Assembly (NCBI GenBank): GCA_040222155.1
Contig: JAVKDQ010000074.1
Location: 1,946 to 65,945, forward strand
Length of the DNA stretch: 64,000 bases
Direction: 5' to 3'
Origin: Roseovarius sp.
Lineage (GTDB): Bacteria > Pseudomonadota > Alphaproteobacteria > Rhodobacterales > Rhodobacteraceae
Every line of letters starts with the position of its first letter. The first letter of the stretch is position 1. The translations under genes and the position numbers were made by a program. The notes under the pieces are model-generated. The model ran no database searches. It saw only the letters and a list, made by a program, of their open reading frames with translations, and had not been told where the DNA came from. Below, piece after piece: positions 17,847-28,192 of the stretch.

Positions 17847-19646
17847 CTAGTTGTCCATCTTCAAGGCCGAGATGAAGGCTTCCTGCGGGATCTCCACCTT
17901 GCCGAACTGGCGCATCTTCTTCTTGCCCGCCTTCTGCTTCTCGAGCAGCTTGCGCTTCCGTGTCGCGTCGCCGCCATAGCATTTCGCTGTCACGTCCTTG
18001 CGCAGCGCGGAGAGCGTCTCCCGCGCGATCACCTTGCCGCCGATCGCCGCCTGGATCGGGATCTTGAACATGTGGCGCGGGATCAGATCCTTCAGCTTTT
18101 CGCACATCGCCCGCCCACGCATCTCGGCGCGGTCGCGATGGACCATCATCGAAAGCGCGTCCACGGGCTCGTCATTCACGAGGATCTGCATCTTCACAAG
18201 GTTGTCGGCCCGGTAGCCCTCGAGCTGGTAGTCAAAGCTTGCATAGCCCTTGGTGACGGATTTCAGCCGGTCGTAGAAATCGAACACCACCTCGTTGAGC
18301 GGCAGATCGTACACCGCCATGGCCCGCCCGCCCACATAGGTGAGATCGAGCTGGATGCCGCGCCGATCCTGGCAGAGTTTGAGCACATCGCCGAGAAACT
18401 CATCCGGCACGAGGATGGTGGCCTTGATCCGCGGCTCCTCCACGTGATCCACGTAGGTGAGGTCGGGCATGTCGGCGGGGTTGTGCAGATCGCGCTTGAC
18501 ACCGTCCTTCATGTAGATGTGGTAGATCACCGAGGGCGCGGTGGTGATGAGCTCGATATCGTATTCCCGCTCGATCCGGTCGCGCACCACTTCGAGATGA
18601 AGCAGGCCCAGAAAGCCACAGCGGAAGCCGAACCCCAGCGCTGCGGAGCTTTCCATCTCGTAGGTGAAGGAGGCATCGTTGAGCGCCAGTTTCTCGATGG
18701 CATCGCGCAGGTCTTCGAACTCGGCACTGTCGACAGGAAACAGCCCGCAGAAGACCACCGGGATGGAGGGCTTGAATCCGGGCAGCGCCTTCGCGCAGGG
18801 GCGCTTCTCATGGGTGATCGTATCGCCGACCTTGGTGTCGCGCACCTGTTTGATCGACGCGGTGATGAAGCCGATCTCGCCGGGCCCGAGTTCATCCACC
18901 ACCGTCATCTCGGGGCGGAAGACACCGATCCGGTCGATATTGTAGGTGGCGCCCGTCTGCATCATGCGGATGCGGTCGCCCTTCTTCATAACGCCGTCCA
19001 TGATGCGTACGAGCACCACGACGCCGAGATAGAGGTCATATTTGCTGTCCACCAGCATCGCCTTGAGCGGTGCGTTGGCATCGCCCTTGGGGGCGGGCAG
19101 GTGGGCAATGATCGCTTCGAGCACTTCGCGGATGCCCTGCCCCGTCTTCGCGGAAACCGGGATCGCGCCGGAGGCATCGATGCCGATCACCTCTTCGATC
19201 TGCTCGGCCACGCGGCTCACATCAGAGGCGGGAAGGTCGATCTTGTTGAGCACCGGGATGAGCTCGTGATCGGCGTCGATCGCCTGGTAGACATTGGCGA
19301 GGGTCTGCGCCTCGACCCCTTGCGTGCTGTCAACCACCAGGAGCGAGCCCTCGACCGCGCGCATGGAGCGCGAAACCTCGTAGGCAAAGTCCACATGGCC
19401 GGGAGTGTCGATGAGGTTGAGCACATATTGCTCGCCATCCTCGGCGGTGTAGACGATCCGCACCGTGTTCGCCTTGATCGTGATGCCGCGCTCGCGCTCG
19501 ATATCCATCGAGTCGAGCAACTGCTCCTTCATGTCCCGCTCGGCAACCGTGTCCGTCATCTGGATCAGCCGGTCGGCCAAGGTGGATTTGCCGTGGTCGA
19601 TATGGGCCACGATCGAGAAATTGCGGATATGCGAGAGCGGTGTCAT
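17847..19646 (-). CDS. lepA: elongation factor 4
   Basis: [44 protein letters not shown] motifs. Confidence 0.98.
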   Translation of the reverse strand: MTPLSHIRNFSIVAHIDHGKSTLADRLIQMTDTVAERDMKEQLLDSMDIERERGITIKANTVRIVYTAEDGEQYVLNLIDTPGHVDFAYEVSRSMRAVEGSLLVVDSTQGVEAQTLANVYQAIDADHELIPVLNKIDLPASDVSRVAEQIEEVIGIDASGAIPVSAKTGQGIREVLEAIIAHLPAPKGDANAPLKAMLVDSKYDLYLGVVVLVRIMDGVMKKGDRIRMMQTGATYNIDRIGVFRPEMTVVDELGPGEIGFITASIKQVRDTKVGDTITHEKRPCAKALPGFKPSIPVVFCGLFPVDSAEFEDLRDAIEKLALNDASFTYEMESSAALGFGFRCGFLGLLHLEVVRDRIEREYDIELITTAPSVIYHIYMKDGVKRDLHNPADMPDLTYVDHVEEPRIKATILVPDEFLGDVLKLCQDRRGIQLDLTYVGGRAMAVYDLPLNEVVFDFYDRLKSVTKGYASFDYQLEGYRADNLVKMQILVNDEPVDALSMMVHRDRAEMRGRAMCEKLKDLIPRHMFKIPIQAAIGGKVIARETLSALRKDVTAKCYGGDATRKRKLLEKQKAGKKKMRQFGKVEIPQEAFISALKMDN

Positions 19647-19784
19647 GACGTTGGGATATGAGGCGGAATTGGGGGGGCGTCAAGGAGAGTCGAGCGGGGG
19701 CTGGCCGGGCGGCGCAAAGGGCAGACCGAACGGCGCGTTCTATGCTATGCTGCCCGCAGAGACTCGCGCAGGGGAGGGACTGCC

Positions 19785-20063
19785 ATGCAGGAGCACAAAT
19801 CCGTTCAGGCCCGGGTACAGGGCCGCGTTCAGGGGGTATCCTTCCGCGCCTGGACGCGGCTCGAAGCGCAGGTGCGCGAACTGTCGGGCTGGGTCAAGAA
19901 CGAAGAGGATGGCTCGGTCACGGCGCTTCTTGCCGGTCGCGAGGCAGCCGTGGACGAAATGCTGAAAGAACTGCGCCACGGCCCTCCCGCGGCGGTGGTG
20001 CGCGACCTGCAGATCGAGGCGGCCGGCTGGCCCGAGAGTGAAGGCTTCCACATCCTGCGCTGA
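19785..20063 (+). CDS. acyP: acylphosphatase
   Basis: GRVQGVSFR, GWVKNEEDGSV, HGPPAAVV motifs. Confidence 0.92.
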   Translation: MQEHKSVQARVQGRVQGVSFRAWTRLEAQVRELSGWVKNEEDGSVTALLAGREAAVDEMLKELRHGPPAAVVRDLQIEAAGWPESEGFHILR

Positions 20064-20080
20064 GCGCATCGGGGCGCCTC

Positions 20081-20149
20081 GAGTATTTTTTCCATTAAGA
20101 CACGTAAGATCGGGCGGGCCTGCCCGTCTTCTTCCTGGTTCAAATACTC
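20081..20149. repeat. inverted pair of the TATTT-N4-CAAGAAGAAG repeat family (left arm degenerate)
   Basis: GAGTATTTTTTCCATTAAG (20081) and TCTTCTTCCTGGTTCAAATACTC (20127-20149); the right arm supplies the LysR stop codon. Confidence 0.6.
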
Positions 20150-21048
20150 CCGCCGGAGGCGGCCATCTCCGCCATCGCCTCGGCCAGCAGGTCATAGACC
20201 AGCCGGATGCGGCGCGAGGTGTGTAACTCGCGATGGGCGACCAGCCAGACGGGGAAGCGGATAGGCTCGGTGCCGGGCAGCAGCGGCTCGACTTCGGGGG
20301 CTCTGCGCGCCACGTCATCGGACATGATCGCCACCCCGAAGCCCCTGCGTACCAGTTCCCACGCCACCACACCGCTTTCCGAACCCACGCGAAAATTCTT
20401 TCCGGTGAGCGCGGCATAGGGTTTGAGAAAGGCGATCATCTCGTCGGTATTGCCGAAGCTCACGAAATCATGCGCGGTGAGGTCTTCCGGGCTGGCGGGG
20501 CGGCCGCGGGCCTCGAGATAGGAGGTGGCGGCATAGGGGCGGGCGAGGGCCTCCTGCACGAGGCGCGCGGTGAGGTCGGGCTGCTCGGGGCGCACGTGGC
20601 GCAGCGCGATATCCGCTTCGCGCCGCATCAGGTCGCGGATGTCGTTCGCGGCGACGAGGTCGATCTCGAGCGCGGGGGCGGCGCGCTGCAGCCGGGCCAC
20701 GATGGGCGGCAGCACGTGGGCGCACATGAGGTCTGTCGCGGTGATGCGGATCTCTCCCTCGATGGACTGAGCGGCGCCAGTGGCGGTGAGCGAGATGCGC
20801 TGCGCGGCCTCGCCCATCGCGCGGGTATGCTCGAGGAGGTCGCGCCCCGCCTGCGTCAGGTCGAGCTTGCGTCCGGCGCGCTCGAAAAGCGTTACCCCGA
20901 GGCTTTCCTCGAGCGCCGCCACCTGCCGCCCGAGCGTGGGCTGTGTGAGGCCGAGCGCCCGTGCGGCGGCCGAAAAGGAGCCCTCTTCGGCGGCTGCCCA
21001 GAAGCCGCGGATCTGGTTCCAGTCGAAGGAGACACTGCGCCAATTCAT
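20140..21048 (-). CDS. LysR-family transcriptional regulator
   Basis: HTH FDWNQIRGFWAAAEEGSFSAAARALGLTQPTLGRQVAALE; alternative start at 21060. Confidence 0.93.
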   Translation of the reverse strand: MNWRSVSFDWNQIRGFWAAAEEGSFSAAARALGLTQPTLGRQVAALEESLGVTLFERAGRKLDLTQAGRDLLEHTRAMGEAAQRISLTATGAAQSIEGEIRITATDLMCAHVLPPIVARLQRAAPALEIDLVAANDIRDLMRREADIALRHVRPEQPDLTARLVQEALARPYAATSYLEARGRPASPEDLTAHDFVSFGNTDEMIAFLKPYAALTGKNFRVGSESGVVAWELVRRGFGVAIMSDDVARRAPEVEPLLPGTEPIRFPVWLVAHRELHTSRRIRLVYDLLAEAMAEMAASGGSI

Positions 21049-21181
21049 GCGTTTTTGCATATCATAACTGCGAATTTCGACAATTCCTATTCGAGATGCG
21101 CATGGGTATCTGCGGATCATCGCATCAGGCGGGCCGCTGCATTTCACTTGCCCCGGCCCCATTTCAAGGAAAGTGCAATAG

Positions 21182-21553
21182 ATGAGAAACGAATGGAAAA
21201 TCGCAGGACTCGCCGCGCTGGTAACGCTTGGCGCCGCCTGCAGCGACACCGGGGCGCGCTATGAGCCGGTGGTCGATGGCACACGGAATGCCGTCTATCA
21301 CGACGACCTCAGCGCCTGCCAGTCACTTGCCCGACGCCAGCCGGTGATGGATGGTGAGACAGGCAATGCGGTTCTGGCCGGGGCGACGCTTGGCGCCGTT
21401 CTGGGCGCGGCGGATGACGACGGCGATGCGGGCGGTGGGGCTGTCGCGGGCGCACTGGGCGGGCTTCTCGCCAATGCCGCGCACACGCCCGACGAACGCA
21501 AGCACATGGTGATCGCCTGCATGCAGCAGCGTGGGCACCGGGTGGTGGGATAA
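21182..21553 (+). CDS. glycine-zipper lipoprotein
   Basis: Lipobox LGAAC; GATLGAVLGAA...GAVAGALGG zipper; C-terminal CMQQRGHRVVG. Confidence 0.8.
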   Translation: MRNEWKIAGLAALVTLGAACSDTGARYEPVVDGTRNAVYHDDLSACQSLARRQPVMDGETGNAVLAGATLGAVLGAADDDGDAGGGAVAGALGGLLANAAHTPDERKHMVIACMQQRGHRVVG

Positions 21554-21559
21554 GGAGAG

Positions 21560-22210
21560 ATGGAGATGATCGCATCGCAACCCTTCTGGGACAAGGTCGC
21601 AGCACGCTACGCCAAGTCGCCCGTTGCCGACCCTGAGGCCTACGAGATCACGCTCGACCGGGTACGCGCCCACCTTTCGCCTTCCGACCGGGTGCTGGAA
21701 CTGGGCTGCGGCACGGGCACCACGGCGCTCGCGCTGGCGAACGCGGCGGGGCATATCACCGCCAGCGACATCTCGGGCGAGATGTTGCGCATCGGCGCCG
21801 CCAAGGCGCAGGACGCAGGCCTTGCCAATGTGAGCTTTCTGCGCGGCGCGCCGGGCGACAGCGCGCTGGCCGAGGCGGGGCCCTATGACGTGGTGATGGC
21901 CTTCAACCTGCTGCATCTGCTGCCCGATCTCGAAGGCGCGCTGGCGCAGATCGCGCCGCTTGTGAAGCCTGGCGGGCTGTTCATTTCCAAGACGTTCTGT
22001 CGCCCCGGCGCAGGCGAGGCGAATTTCGAGTATCGCATGACCCGGCTCGCCTTGCCGGTGATGCAACTCGTGGGCAAGGCGCCCTATGTGGGCTTTCGCC
22101 CGATCCAGGCGCTCGAGAAAGCGGTCGAGGCGGCGGGCTTCCGCATCGTGGAGACGGGCAACTACCCTGCCCGCCCGCCACGCCGCTTCATCGTGGCGAA
22201 GCGCGTCTGA
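21560..22210 (+). CDS. class I SAM-dependent methyltransferase
   Basis: VLELGCGTGT motif I, YDVVMAFNLLHLL, VKPGGLFISKT. Confidence 0.9.
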   Translation: MEMIASQPFWDKVAARYAKSPVADPEAYEITLDRVRAHLSPSDRVLELGCGTGTTALALANAAGHITASDISGEMLRIGAAKAQDAGLANVSFLRGAPGDSALAEAGPYDVVMAFNLLHLLPDLEGALAQIAPLVKPGGLFISKTFCRPGAGEANFEYRMTRLALPVMQLVGKAPYVGFRPIQALEKAVEAAGFRIVETGNYPARPPRRFIVAKRV

Positions 22211-22338
22211 ACGACGGGTACGCGGCGCATTTGAAACGAATGCGCCGCGAAAGCCGGGCGCGAGGCGCAGGTGCGACAAGGTTTCGCCACGCTTCGCGCC
22301 GATCCATCGCGTGGGGGCGGCAAACCGGAGATCCCAGG

Positions 22339-22485
22339 ATGGACTTGCTCAGGAAAGCGCGGGCCAACCGCCTGCGGGCGCTCAGGATTCTGCGGGCGCA
22401 GGAGCGCAACCTCTTTCTCGGAGCCGGGAGGCCATTGCGGCCGGGGCCATTCATCCTGCCCTGCCCAGTGGAGATCGTCTCTTGA
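22339..22485 (+). CDS. small basic hypothetical protein (48 aa) MDLLRKARANRLRALRILRAQERNL...
   Basis: GGAG SD-like sequence upstream; fills the gap between a hairpin (22221-22249) and the convergent Lrp gene. Confidence 0.45.
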   Translation: MDLLRKARANRLRALRILRAQERNLFLGAGRPLRPGPFILPCPVEIVS

Positions 22486-22492
22486 GAGGGTT

Positions 22493-22948
22493 TCAGACCT
22501 GTGGCAGCGCGTTGCGGCGGATCATCGTGCGCAGCGCGAAGCTCGAGCGCATCGAACGGATATTGGCTGTCTGCATCAGCCCTTCCTCGATGAAGCGGTC
22601 GAAGGCGGCGAGATCGGCGGCGACGACGCGCAAGAGCACGTCGCGCGTGCCGGTCATCAGGTAGCATTCCATCACTTCCTCGAAGCGCCAGAGCGCCTGC
22701 TCGAACTGGTTCAACGCCTCGCGCGTCTGTTTCTCGAGCTCGACGAAGATGAAGATGTTGAGCGGCAGGCCCAGCCGCTCCTGATCGACGCGGGCGGAAT
22801 AGCCTTCGATGATGCCCTCGGCCTCGAGCCGGGCGATACGGCGCGCGAGCGGAGTGGCGGAGAGGCCGATGCGCTCGGAGAGATCGGCAAGACGGGCGCG
22901 GCCATCCTTCTGCAGCGCTGCGATGATCTGACGGTCTGTGCGGTCCAT
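22493..22948 (-). CDS. Lrp/AsnC-family regulator
   Basis: MDRTDRQIIAALQKDGRARLADLSERIGLS HTH; ECYLMTGTRD; divergent from the amino-acid dehydrogenase. Confidence 0.92.
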   Translation of the reverse strand: MDRTDRQIIAALQKDGRARLADLSERIGLSATPLARRIARLEAEGIIEGYSARVDQERLGLPLNIFIFVELEKQTREALNQFEQALWRFEEVMECYLMTGTRDVLLRVVAADLAAFDRFIEEGLMQTANIRSMRSSFALRTMIRRNALPQV

Positions 22949-23078
22949 TCCGTTTTTCCAAATATTGGCGCGTTCTTGGTGATTTCCTTCAAGACTATCA
23001 GGATCAGCGGCGATTTTCGCTGATTTTTCGCGCGAGGCTTCAAGTATCCGTGGCGGCGACCAGAATGGAGACATCACC

Positions 23079-24125
23079 ATGCTCACTCGTCTTGCCTGCG
23101 ACACACATGAGGCGCTCTACAGCGTGGAGGCGCCCGAGTGCAGCCTCAGGGGATTCATCGCGCTTCACTCCACCGCGCTTGGCCCGGCGGCGGGCGGATT
23201 GCGGATGCGCCCCTATGCGAACGAGGACGAGGCGATTGCCGATGTGCTGAACCTCTCGGAAGGCATGAGCCACAAGAACGCGGCGGCGGGGCTGCCCCTT
23301 GGCGGTGGCAAGGCGGTGATCATCGGCGACCCGGCGACGGAAAAGACACCGGATCTGCTGCGCGCCATGGGCCGTGCCGTGGATGCGCTCACGGGGCGCT
23401 ACTGGACGGCAGAGGATATGGGCATGACCCCTTCGGACATGGCCGAGATTGCGAGGGAAACGCGTTTCGTGGCCGGCCGCGACGACGGTGCCCATGCCAG
23501 CGGCGACCCCTCGCCGGTGACGGCGGCGGGCGTTTTCAGGACGATCGGCCTCGGTGCGGAGCGCGTCTTCGGCACAGATGACCTGCACGGCGCACGCGTG
23601 GCGGTTCAGGGTCTGGGCCACGTGGGCTGGCATCTTTGCCGGATGCTGCACGAGGCGGGCGCGCGGCTGAGCGTTGCCGATACCGACCCTGTTCGGTTGG
23701 CCGAGGCCGAGCGCGCCTTCGCCGCCGATGCGGTGGCGCCGGCAGATGTGCATAGCGTTTTTGCCGATATATTCGCGCCTTGCGCCGTGGGCGGGGTGCT
23801 CAACGCCCGCACCATTCCCGAGCTCAAGGTGCGGCTCGTGGCGGGCGCGGCCAACAATCAGCTCGCCACGCCGGGAGATGCCGGGCGACTGCACGCGCGC
23901 GGCATTCTCTACGCACCGGATTTCGTGGCAAATGGCGGCGGGATCGTCAACGTGGCCGCAGAGATCCTCGGCGTGGAGAACCGCGATGCCTGGGTGCGGG
24001 AACGGTTGGGTCAGCTCGAGGCCACGCTTCGGCATATCTTCCAGCGGGCGGCGGCAGAGGATGTCTCGCCCGCCGTGCTCGCCACGCGGATCACCAGCGA
24101 GCGGCTGCTGAGTCGGGCGGGCTGA
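23079..24125 (+). CDS. Leu/Phe/Val dehydrogenase
   Basis: GPAAGGLRMRPY, LSEGMSHKNA, GGGKAVI, TAEDMG, QGLGHVG, AGAANNQL, PDFVANGGG. Confidence 0.92.
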   Translation: MLTRLACDTHEALYSVEAPECSLRGFIALHSTALGPAAGGLRMRPYANEDEAIADVLNLSEGMSHKNAAAGLPLGGGKAVIIGDPATEKTPDLLRAMGRAVDALTGRYWTAEDMGMTPSDMAEIARETRFVAGRDDGAHASGDPSPVTAAGVFRTIGLGAERVFGTDDLHGARVAVQGLGHVGWHLCRMLHEAGARLSVADTDPVRLAEAERAFAADAVAPADVHSVFADIFAPCAVGGVLNARTIPELKVRLVAGAANNQLATPGDAGRLHARGILYAPDFVANGGGIVNVAAEILGVENRDAWVRERLGQLEATLRHIFQRAAAEDVSPAVLATRITSERLLSRAG

Positions 24126-24218
24126 GGCTCCGGCCTCCGCTGCGGGCCGTTGCGCGAAGCGCGCGCGAGGCGTAGTCTGGCGGCGAAGCCAGCCATGCCC
24201 CCCGAAAGGAGGCCGACG

Positions 24219-24803
24219 ATGACCGCGCGACGCCTGCCCTACCTGATTGCCTCCGCCCTGATTGCATTTGGCGTGTCGCAGGGTCATGCAAAGGCCGCGA
24301 CTCTCGGGCCCACGCCGGTGTTGGGCGGCGGCGAATATTCCACCGGCGGAGGCATCACGGTGGCGGTGGAGTTGCGCCGCGCCGAGGGCGGCGGGCTCGC
24401 GCTGTGCGGCGCATGGGCCGAAAGCCGGCGCCTGCCGATCTACCTGCGCGACAAGGGGCGCGCGGTGCTCGCGCGCGGCAGCGTGTCGCAAGGCGGGCGG
24501 GTGATCCTGCAAGGGCTCGAATTCCTTCCCGAGGTGGAACCGGGTGAAAGCTATGGCGGCGCAGAGGCGGTTTGCATACGCGCTCCCGACGGGGCACGGC
24601 AGGGCGAGGCACTCGAAATCGTGATACCCGCGCATGAAGTGGAGCGCACCCAAGGTGGCTACGACGAGGGCGTCGGCATGATCATCCGCTTCGGCCCGAG
24701 CCTCGCAGCCAATCCGGCGCTCAAGGCGGGCTCGCTGCTGCCCGAAAGCCTCTCGCGCATGCTCGGAACGCCGGAAGAGCAGCGCAACGGCACCCCCCGC
24801 TAG
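24219..24803 (+). CDS. exported hypothetical protein
   Basis: Strong AAGGAGG SD; signal peptide MTARRLPYLIASALIAFGVSQGHA; two Cys. Confidence 0.7.
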   Translation: MTARRLPYLIASALIAFGVSQGHAKAATLGPTPVLGGGEYSTGGGITVAVELRRAEGGGLALCGAWAESRRLPIYLRDKGRAVLARGSVSQGGRVILQGLEFLPEVEPGESYGGAEAVCIRAPDGARQGEALEIVIPAHEVERTQGGYDEGVGMIIRFGPSLAANPALKAGSLLPESLSRMLGTPEEQRNGTPR

Positions 24804-24961
24804 TTGACGATTGAAAAAATCGGCCGGATCGGGCATTGATCTGCGGAACCGTGCGACGCGGCGATGCAGAGGGCCTAAGAATGCCCCGGCCGCGCGCAAT
24901 GGGCATGAGAGCAAGGGCGGTAACGGCCCGGTAACGGTATTGGGCGAGACGGGCAGGACGG

Positions 24962-25321
24962 ATGAGACACTTCCTTTGGCTGGCGATGATCGTGTTGCTT
25001 GCGGGCTGCGGCGGGCCGAAACGCGTTCCCGATAGCGGCTCGAACAGCGTGGTGGTGGCGCAGGGCATGCCGATCGCCTACGGCCCAATCGCGAAGGCCT
25101 GCATGGCTTCTGGCCGCAAGGGAGCCAATGCAAGGCTCTGTGGCTGCATACAGGCGGCCGCCGACCAGAGCCTTAGCCGATCCGACCAACGGCGCTCGCT
25201 CGAATTCTACAACGATCCGCACAAGGCACAGGTTGTCCGACAATCCGACAGGGCCGCCGACGAGCAGTTCTGGAAGGCCTATTCGGCATATGCCGACCGC
25301 GCCGAGAAGATGTGCGGCTGA
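24962..25321 (+). CDS. lipoprotein with CGCIQ motif, hypothetical
   Basis: Lipobox LAGC; GPIAKACM...LCGCIQAAAD; C-terminal KMCG. Confidence 0.75.
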   Translation: MRHFLWLAMIVLLAGCGGPKRVPDSGSNSVVVAQGMPIAYGPIAKACMASGRKGANARLCGCIQAAADQSLSRSDQRRSLEFYNDPHKAQVVRQSDRAADEQFWKAYSAYADRAEKMCG

Positions 25322-25340
25322 ACCGGGAGGGCGTTTCGAG

Positions 25341-26045
25341 ATGAGCGGTTTCTTCGACTTCCTGGCCGAGATGCCTCCCTACGAGGAAAACGCCACCAGC
25401 GTGATCCGGCTGGCGCAGCGCCACAGGCTGATCATCGAGCCTTTCGCGCCGCAGATCGTGGGGGCCAGAGTGCTCGATATCGCCGCGCATGACGGCCGGT
25501 GGTCTTATGCGCTGGCTCATGCGGGCGCGGCCGAGGTGGTGGGCGTGGAGGCCCGACGGGAGCTGATCGACCGCTTCGCGCAGTTCCCCGAAACGGAGTT
25601 CAAGGCCCGCGTGAAGCTGGTGCAGAACGACCTCTTCGACGAGATCGAGGCCCGTGCGGCGGCAGACGAGCGGTTTGACGTGGTGGCGCTCTACGGCATC
25701 TTCTACCACGTTATGGATCATTTTCGCCTGCTCCGGATGATCCGCCGGCTGGGGCCGAAGCTCATCATCATCGACAGCGAGTTCATCAAGGCCGACAACG
25801 CCATAGTTCAGGTGCTGAAGGAGGAGGTGTCCAACCCGCTCAACGCGGTGGGCGACGTCGAGGGAATCACGCACACTGTGGTGGGCGTGCCTTCGCAACG
25901 CGCCACCGAATTCATGGCCGAGGCGCTCGGCTACACGCTCGACTGGGTCGATCATGCGATGATCCTCGGGGCGAACCGGGACGGCATGAAGGATTACTTC
26001 CGCGAGGGCCGGAAAGTGCGCTCGACCTGCGCTCTCACCACCTGA
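25341..26045 (+). CDS. class I SAM-dependent methyltransferase
   Basis: GGGAGG SD; VLDIAAHDGRWS, GVEARRE, FDVVALYGIFYH. Confidence 0.8.
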   Translation: MSGFFDFLAEMPPYEENATSVIRLAQRHRLIIEPFAPQIVGARVLDIAAHDGRWSYALAHAGAAEVVGVEARRELIDRFAQFPETEFKARVKLVQNDLFDEIEARAAADERFDVVALYGIFYHVMDHFRLLRMIRRLGPKLIIIDSEFIKADNAIVQVLKEEVSNPLNAVGDVEGITHTVVGVPSQRATEFMAEALGYTLDWVDHAMILGANRDGMKDYFREGRKVRSTCALTT

Positions 26046-26054
26046 GGCGCGGCC

Positions 26055-26462
26055 TCACTCCTGGATCGAGCGGAGATAGGCCAGCACATCCGCGAGCGGC
26101 ACCGGCATCATCATCTGCTGATTGTCCGGCAGGCGCATGGCGATGAACGCGTCACTCTCGAGGTAGGGGCCGTAAACCGGCATATCGCCATGGGCCATCA
26201 CCGGCGCGCGCCCGTCGATCCGCATCGCCACCTCCCCCAGCGGAAATGTGCCGCCATTGCGCGCGGCGATCCCGGTGAGATCGGGCGGGGGCGTTTCAAG
26301 CGCGGGGGCCACCGGGCCACCGCCCTTGGCCTCCTTGCCGTGGCATTCGGCACAGAAATAGAGAAAGAGATCGCGGCCGTTTTCCGGGTCGGGCTCCTGC
26401 GCCGTGGCAGTGGCCGCGAAGATGGCGAGCGATGCGAGGGTCATGGATGCCGCGCGGATCAT
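26055..26462 (-). CDS. periplasmic monoheme c-type cytochrome
   Basis: Signal peptide; CAECHG; PPDLTGIAARNGGTFP; HGDMPVYG. Confidence 0.88.
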   Translation of the reverse strand: MIRAASMTLASLAIFAATATAQEPDPENGRDLFLYFCAECHGKEAKGGGPVAPALETPPPDLTGIAARNGGTFPLGEVAMRIDGRAPVMAHGDMPVYGPYLESDAFIAMRLPDNQQMMMPVPLADVLAYLRSIQE

Positions 26463-26572
26463 GGTGGCGCTCCCCTGTTTCAGCGACGTCAAAGAGTATA
26501 CCACGCCGGGCCGGGGCCTGTCATCGGCCGCGCGCCCTTCTTCAAGCGCCCGCCGAGTGCGCGCACCCAAGA

Positions 26573-27403
26573 TCAGGCCTTGAGCCGTGTGCCCCGCGCG
26601 AAGAGCCACCAGGCGAGCAGCGATACCGCCAGCGTGCTGCATAGCGCCACCGGAAGCCCAAGCCAGGGAGAGCTGTCGGAAATGCCGATCATGCCGTGGC
26701 GCAAACCGTCTATCAGGTAAAAGACCGGGTTCAGGTGCGTGATCTCCCACAGCACCGGCGGTAGCGCCTCGACCGAATAGAAGGTGCCCGAAAGAAAGGC
26801 GAGCGGCGTCACGATGAAATTGGTGATCGCGGCCATCTGGTCGAACTTGTTGGCGAAGATCGCGGCCACGATACCGAGCGCGCCGAGAAAGGCCGAGCCC
26901 AGAAGCACGAAGGCCAGAGCCCAGAGCGGATGGGCCGGCCACAGCCCCAGCACAAGCCCCAGAGCCAGCGCGATCACCACCCCCACCACCAGCCCGCGCA
27001 CGACGGCTCCGGCGAGATAGCCCGTGACCAGCTCGGCGGCGGAAAGCGGCGGCATCAGCGTGTCGACGATATTGCCCTGCACCTTAGAGATCATGATCGA
27101 GGAGGAGGTGTTGGCGAAGGCATTCTGGATCACCGTCATCATCAGGATGCCGGGGCCGATGAAGGTGGTGAAGGGCACGCCCATCACGTCTCCCCGGCGC
27201 GGCCCGATGGCGATGGAGAAGATCAGCATGAAGAGTCCCGCCGTAACGAGCGGGGCCGCCACGGTCTGTGTCCAGACACCCATGAACCGCTGGATTTCCC
27301 GCGCGCAGAGCGTGGCGAGCCCCAGCCAGTTGACGCGGCCGAAGCGGCGCGTGCCCATCGCGGGGCGTCCGGAGGCAGGCACTGTGGCAGGTCGATTGGT
27401 CAT
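26573..27403 (-). CDS. ABC-2 transporter permease (YadH-like)
   Basis: REIQRF, QNAFANTSSS, TPLAFLSGTFYSV, NPVFYLIDGLRHG. Confidence 0.9.
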   Translation of the reverse strand: MTNRPATVPASGRPAMGTRRFGRVNWLGLATLCAREIQRFMGVWTQTVAAPLVTAGLFMLIFSIAIGPRRGDVMGVPFTTFIGPGILMMTVIQNAFANTSSSIMISKVQGNIVDTLMPPLSAAELVTGYLAGAVVRGLVVGVVIALALGLVLGLWPAHPLWALAFVLLGSAFLGALGIVAAIFANKFDQMAAITNFIVTPLAFLSGTFYSVEALPPVLWEITHLNPVFYLIDGLRHGMIGISDSSPWLGLPVALCSTLAVSLLAWWLFARGTRLKA

Positions 27404-27567
27404 AAGGCGGTTCTACCCCGGGCACACGGCAGGCTCAACGCCCGATCCGCCCCCGAATCGCACCTTGTAACTCGCCTGTCAGTGACTAGAATAGGGACTT
27501 CCGGAGAGACATCAGGTGGCCCCCCGCAAAGTCGGGCGTGGCCGCCTTTCGATACAAGGGGTAGCTC

Positions 27568-28182
27568 ATGTCGTGGAGCGACGAGCGCGTTGAGAAGCTG
27601 AAGAAGATGTGGGGCGAAGGCCAGTCGGCCAGCCAGATCGCCAAGGAGCTGGGTGGAGTGACCCGCAACGCGGTCATCGGCAAGGTGCATCGCCTCGGCC
27701 TCTCGAACCGTAACGGCTCGGGCGGCGCCGCCGCCAATGCTGCCGAGAGCAGCGCGCCCAAGGCCAAGCCCGCCGCCCCCAAGGCGCGCGGCAAGGCCAA
27801 GCCCGGCGCCAAGCCCGCGGCGAAGGAGGAGCCCGCAGAGGCCGCCCCCGCCCCCGAGGAGGCACCCGCCGCAAAGGCCCCCGCAGCCCCTGCGAGCCGC
27901 GCCAAACAGATCATCCCGGCAGGCCAGCCGCTGCCGCCGCAGCCTTCGGCCAACGAGATTGACCCCGAGGCGCTCGCGAAGGTGAGCGAGATCGAGAAGA
28001 AAGCCAAGAAGCTCACCCTGATGGAACTGACGGAGCGCACCTGCAAATGGCCCGTGGGCGACCCGGCCACCGAGGATTTCTGGTTCTGTGGCCTTCCCGT
28101 GCAATCGGGCAAGCCCTATTGCGAGGCGCATGTGGGCGTGGCCTTCCAGCCGATGAGTTCGCGACGCGACCGCAAGCGCTGA
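27568..28182 (+). CDS. gcrA: GcrA cell-cycle regulator
   Basis: MSWSDERVEKLKKMWGEGQSASQIAKELGGVTRNAVIGKVHRLGL; C-terminal CKWPVGDP...FWFCG...YCEAH. Confidence 0.96.
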   Translation: MSWSDERVEKLKKMWGEGQSASQIAKELGGVTRNAVIGKVHRLGLSNRNGSGGAAANAAESSAPKAKPAAPKARGKAKPGAKPAAKEEPAEAAPAPEEAPAAKAPAAPASRAKQIIPAGQPLPPQPSANEIDPEALAKVSEIEKKAKKLTLMELTERTCKWPVGDPATEDFWFCGLPVQSGKPYCEAHVGVAFQPMSSRRDRKR

Positions 28183-28192
28183 GGCCAGCCGC

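Noticed and set aside
24962-25321. Arginine transporter label that I recall being applied to this family
   Set aside because: A soluble lipoprotein with a Cys motif and no transporter or solute-binding features
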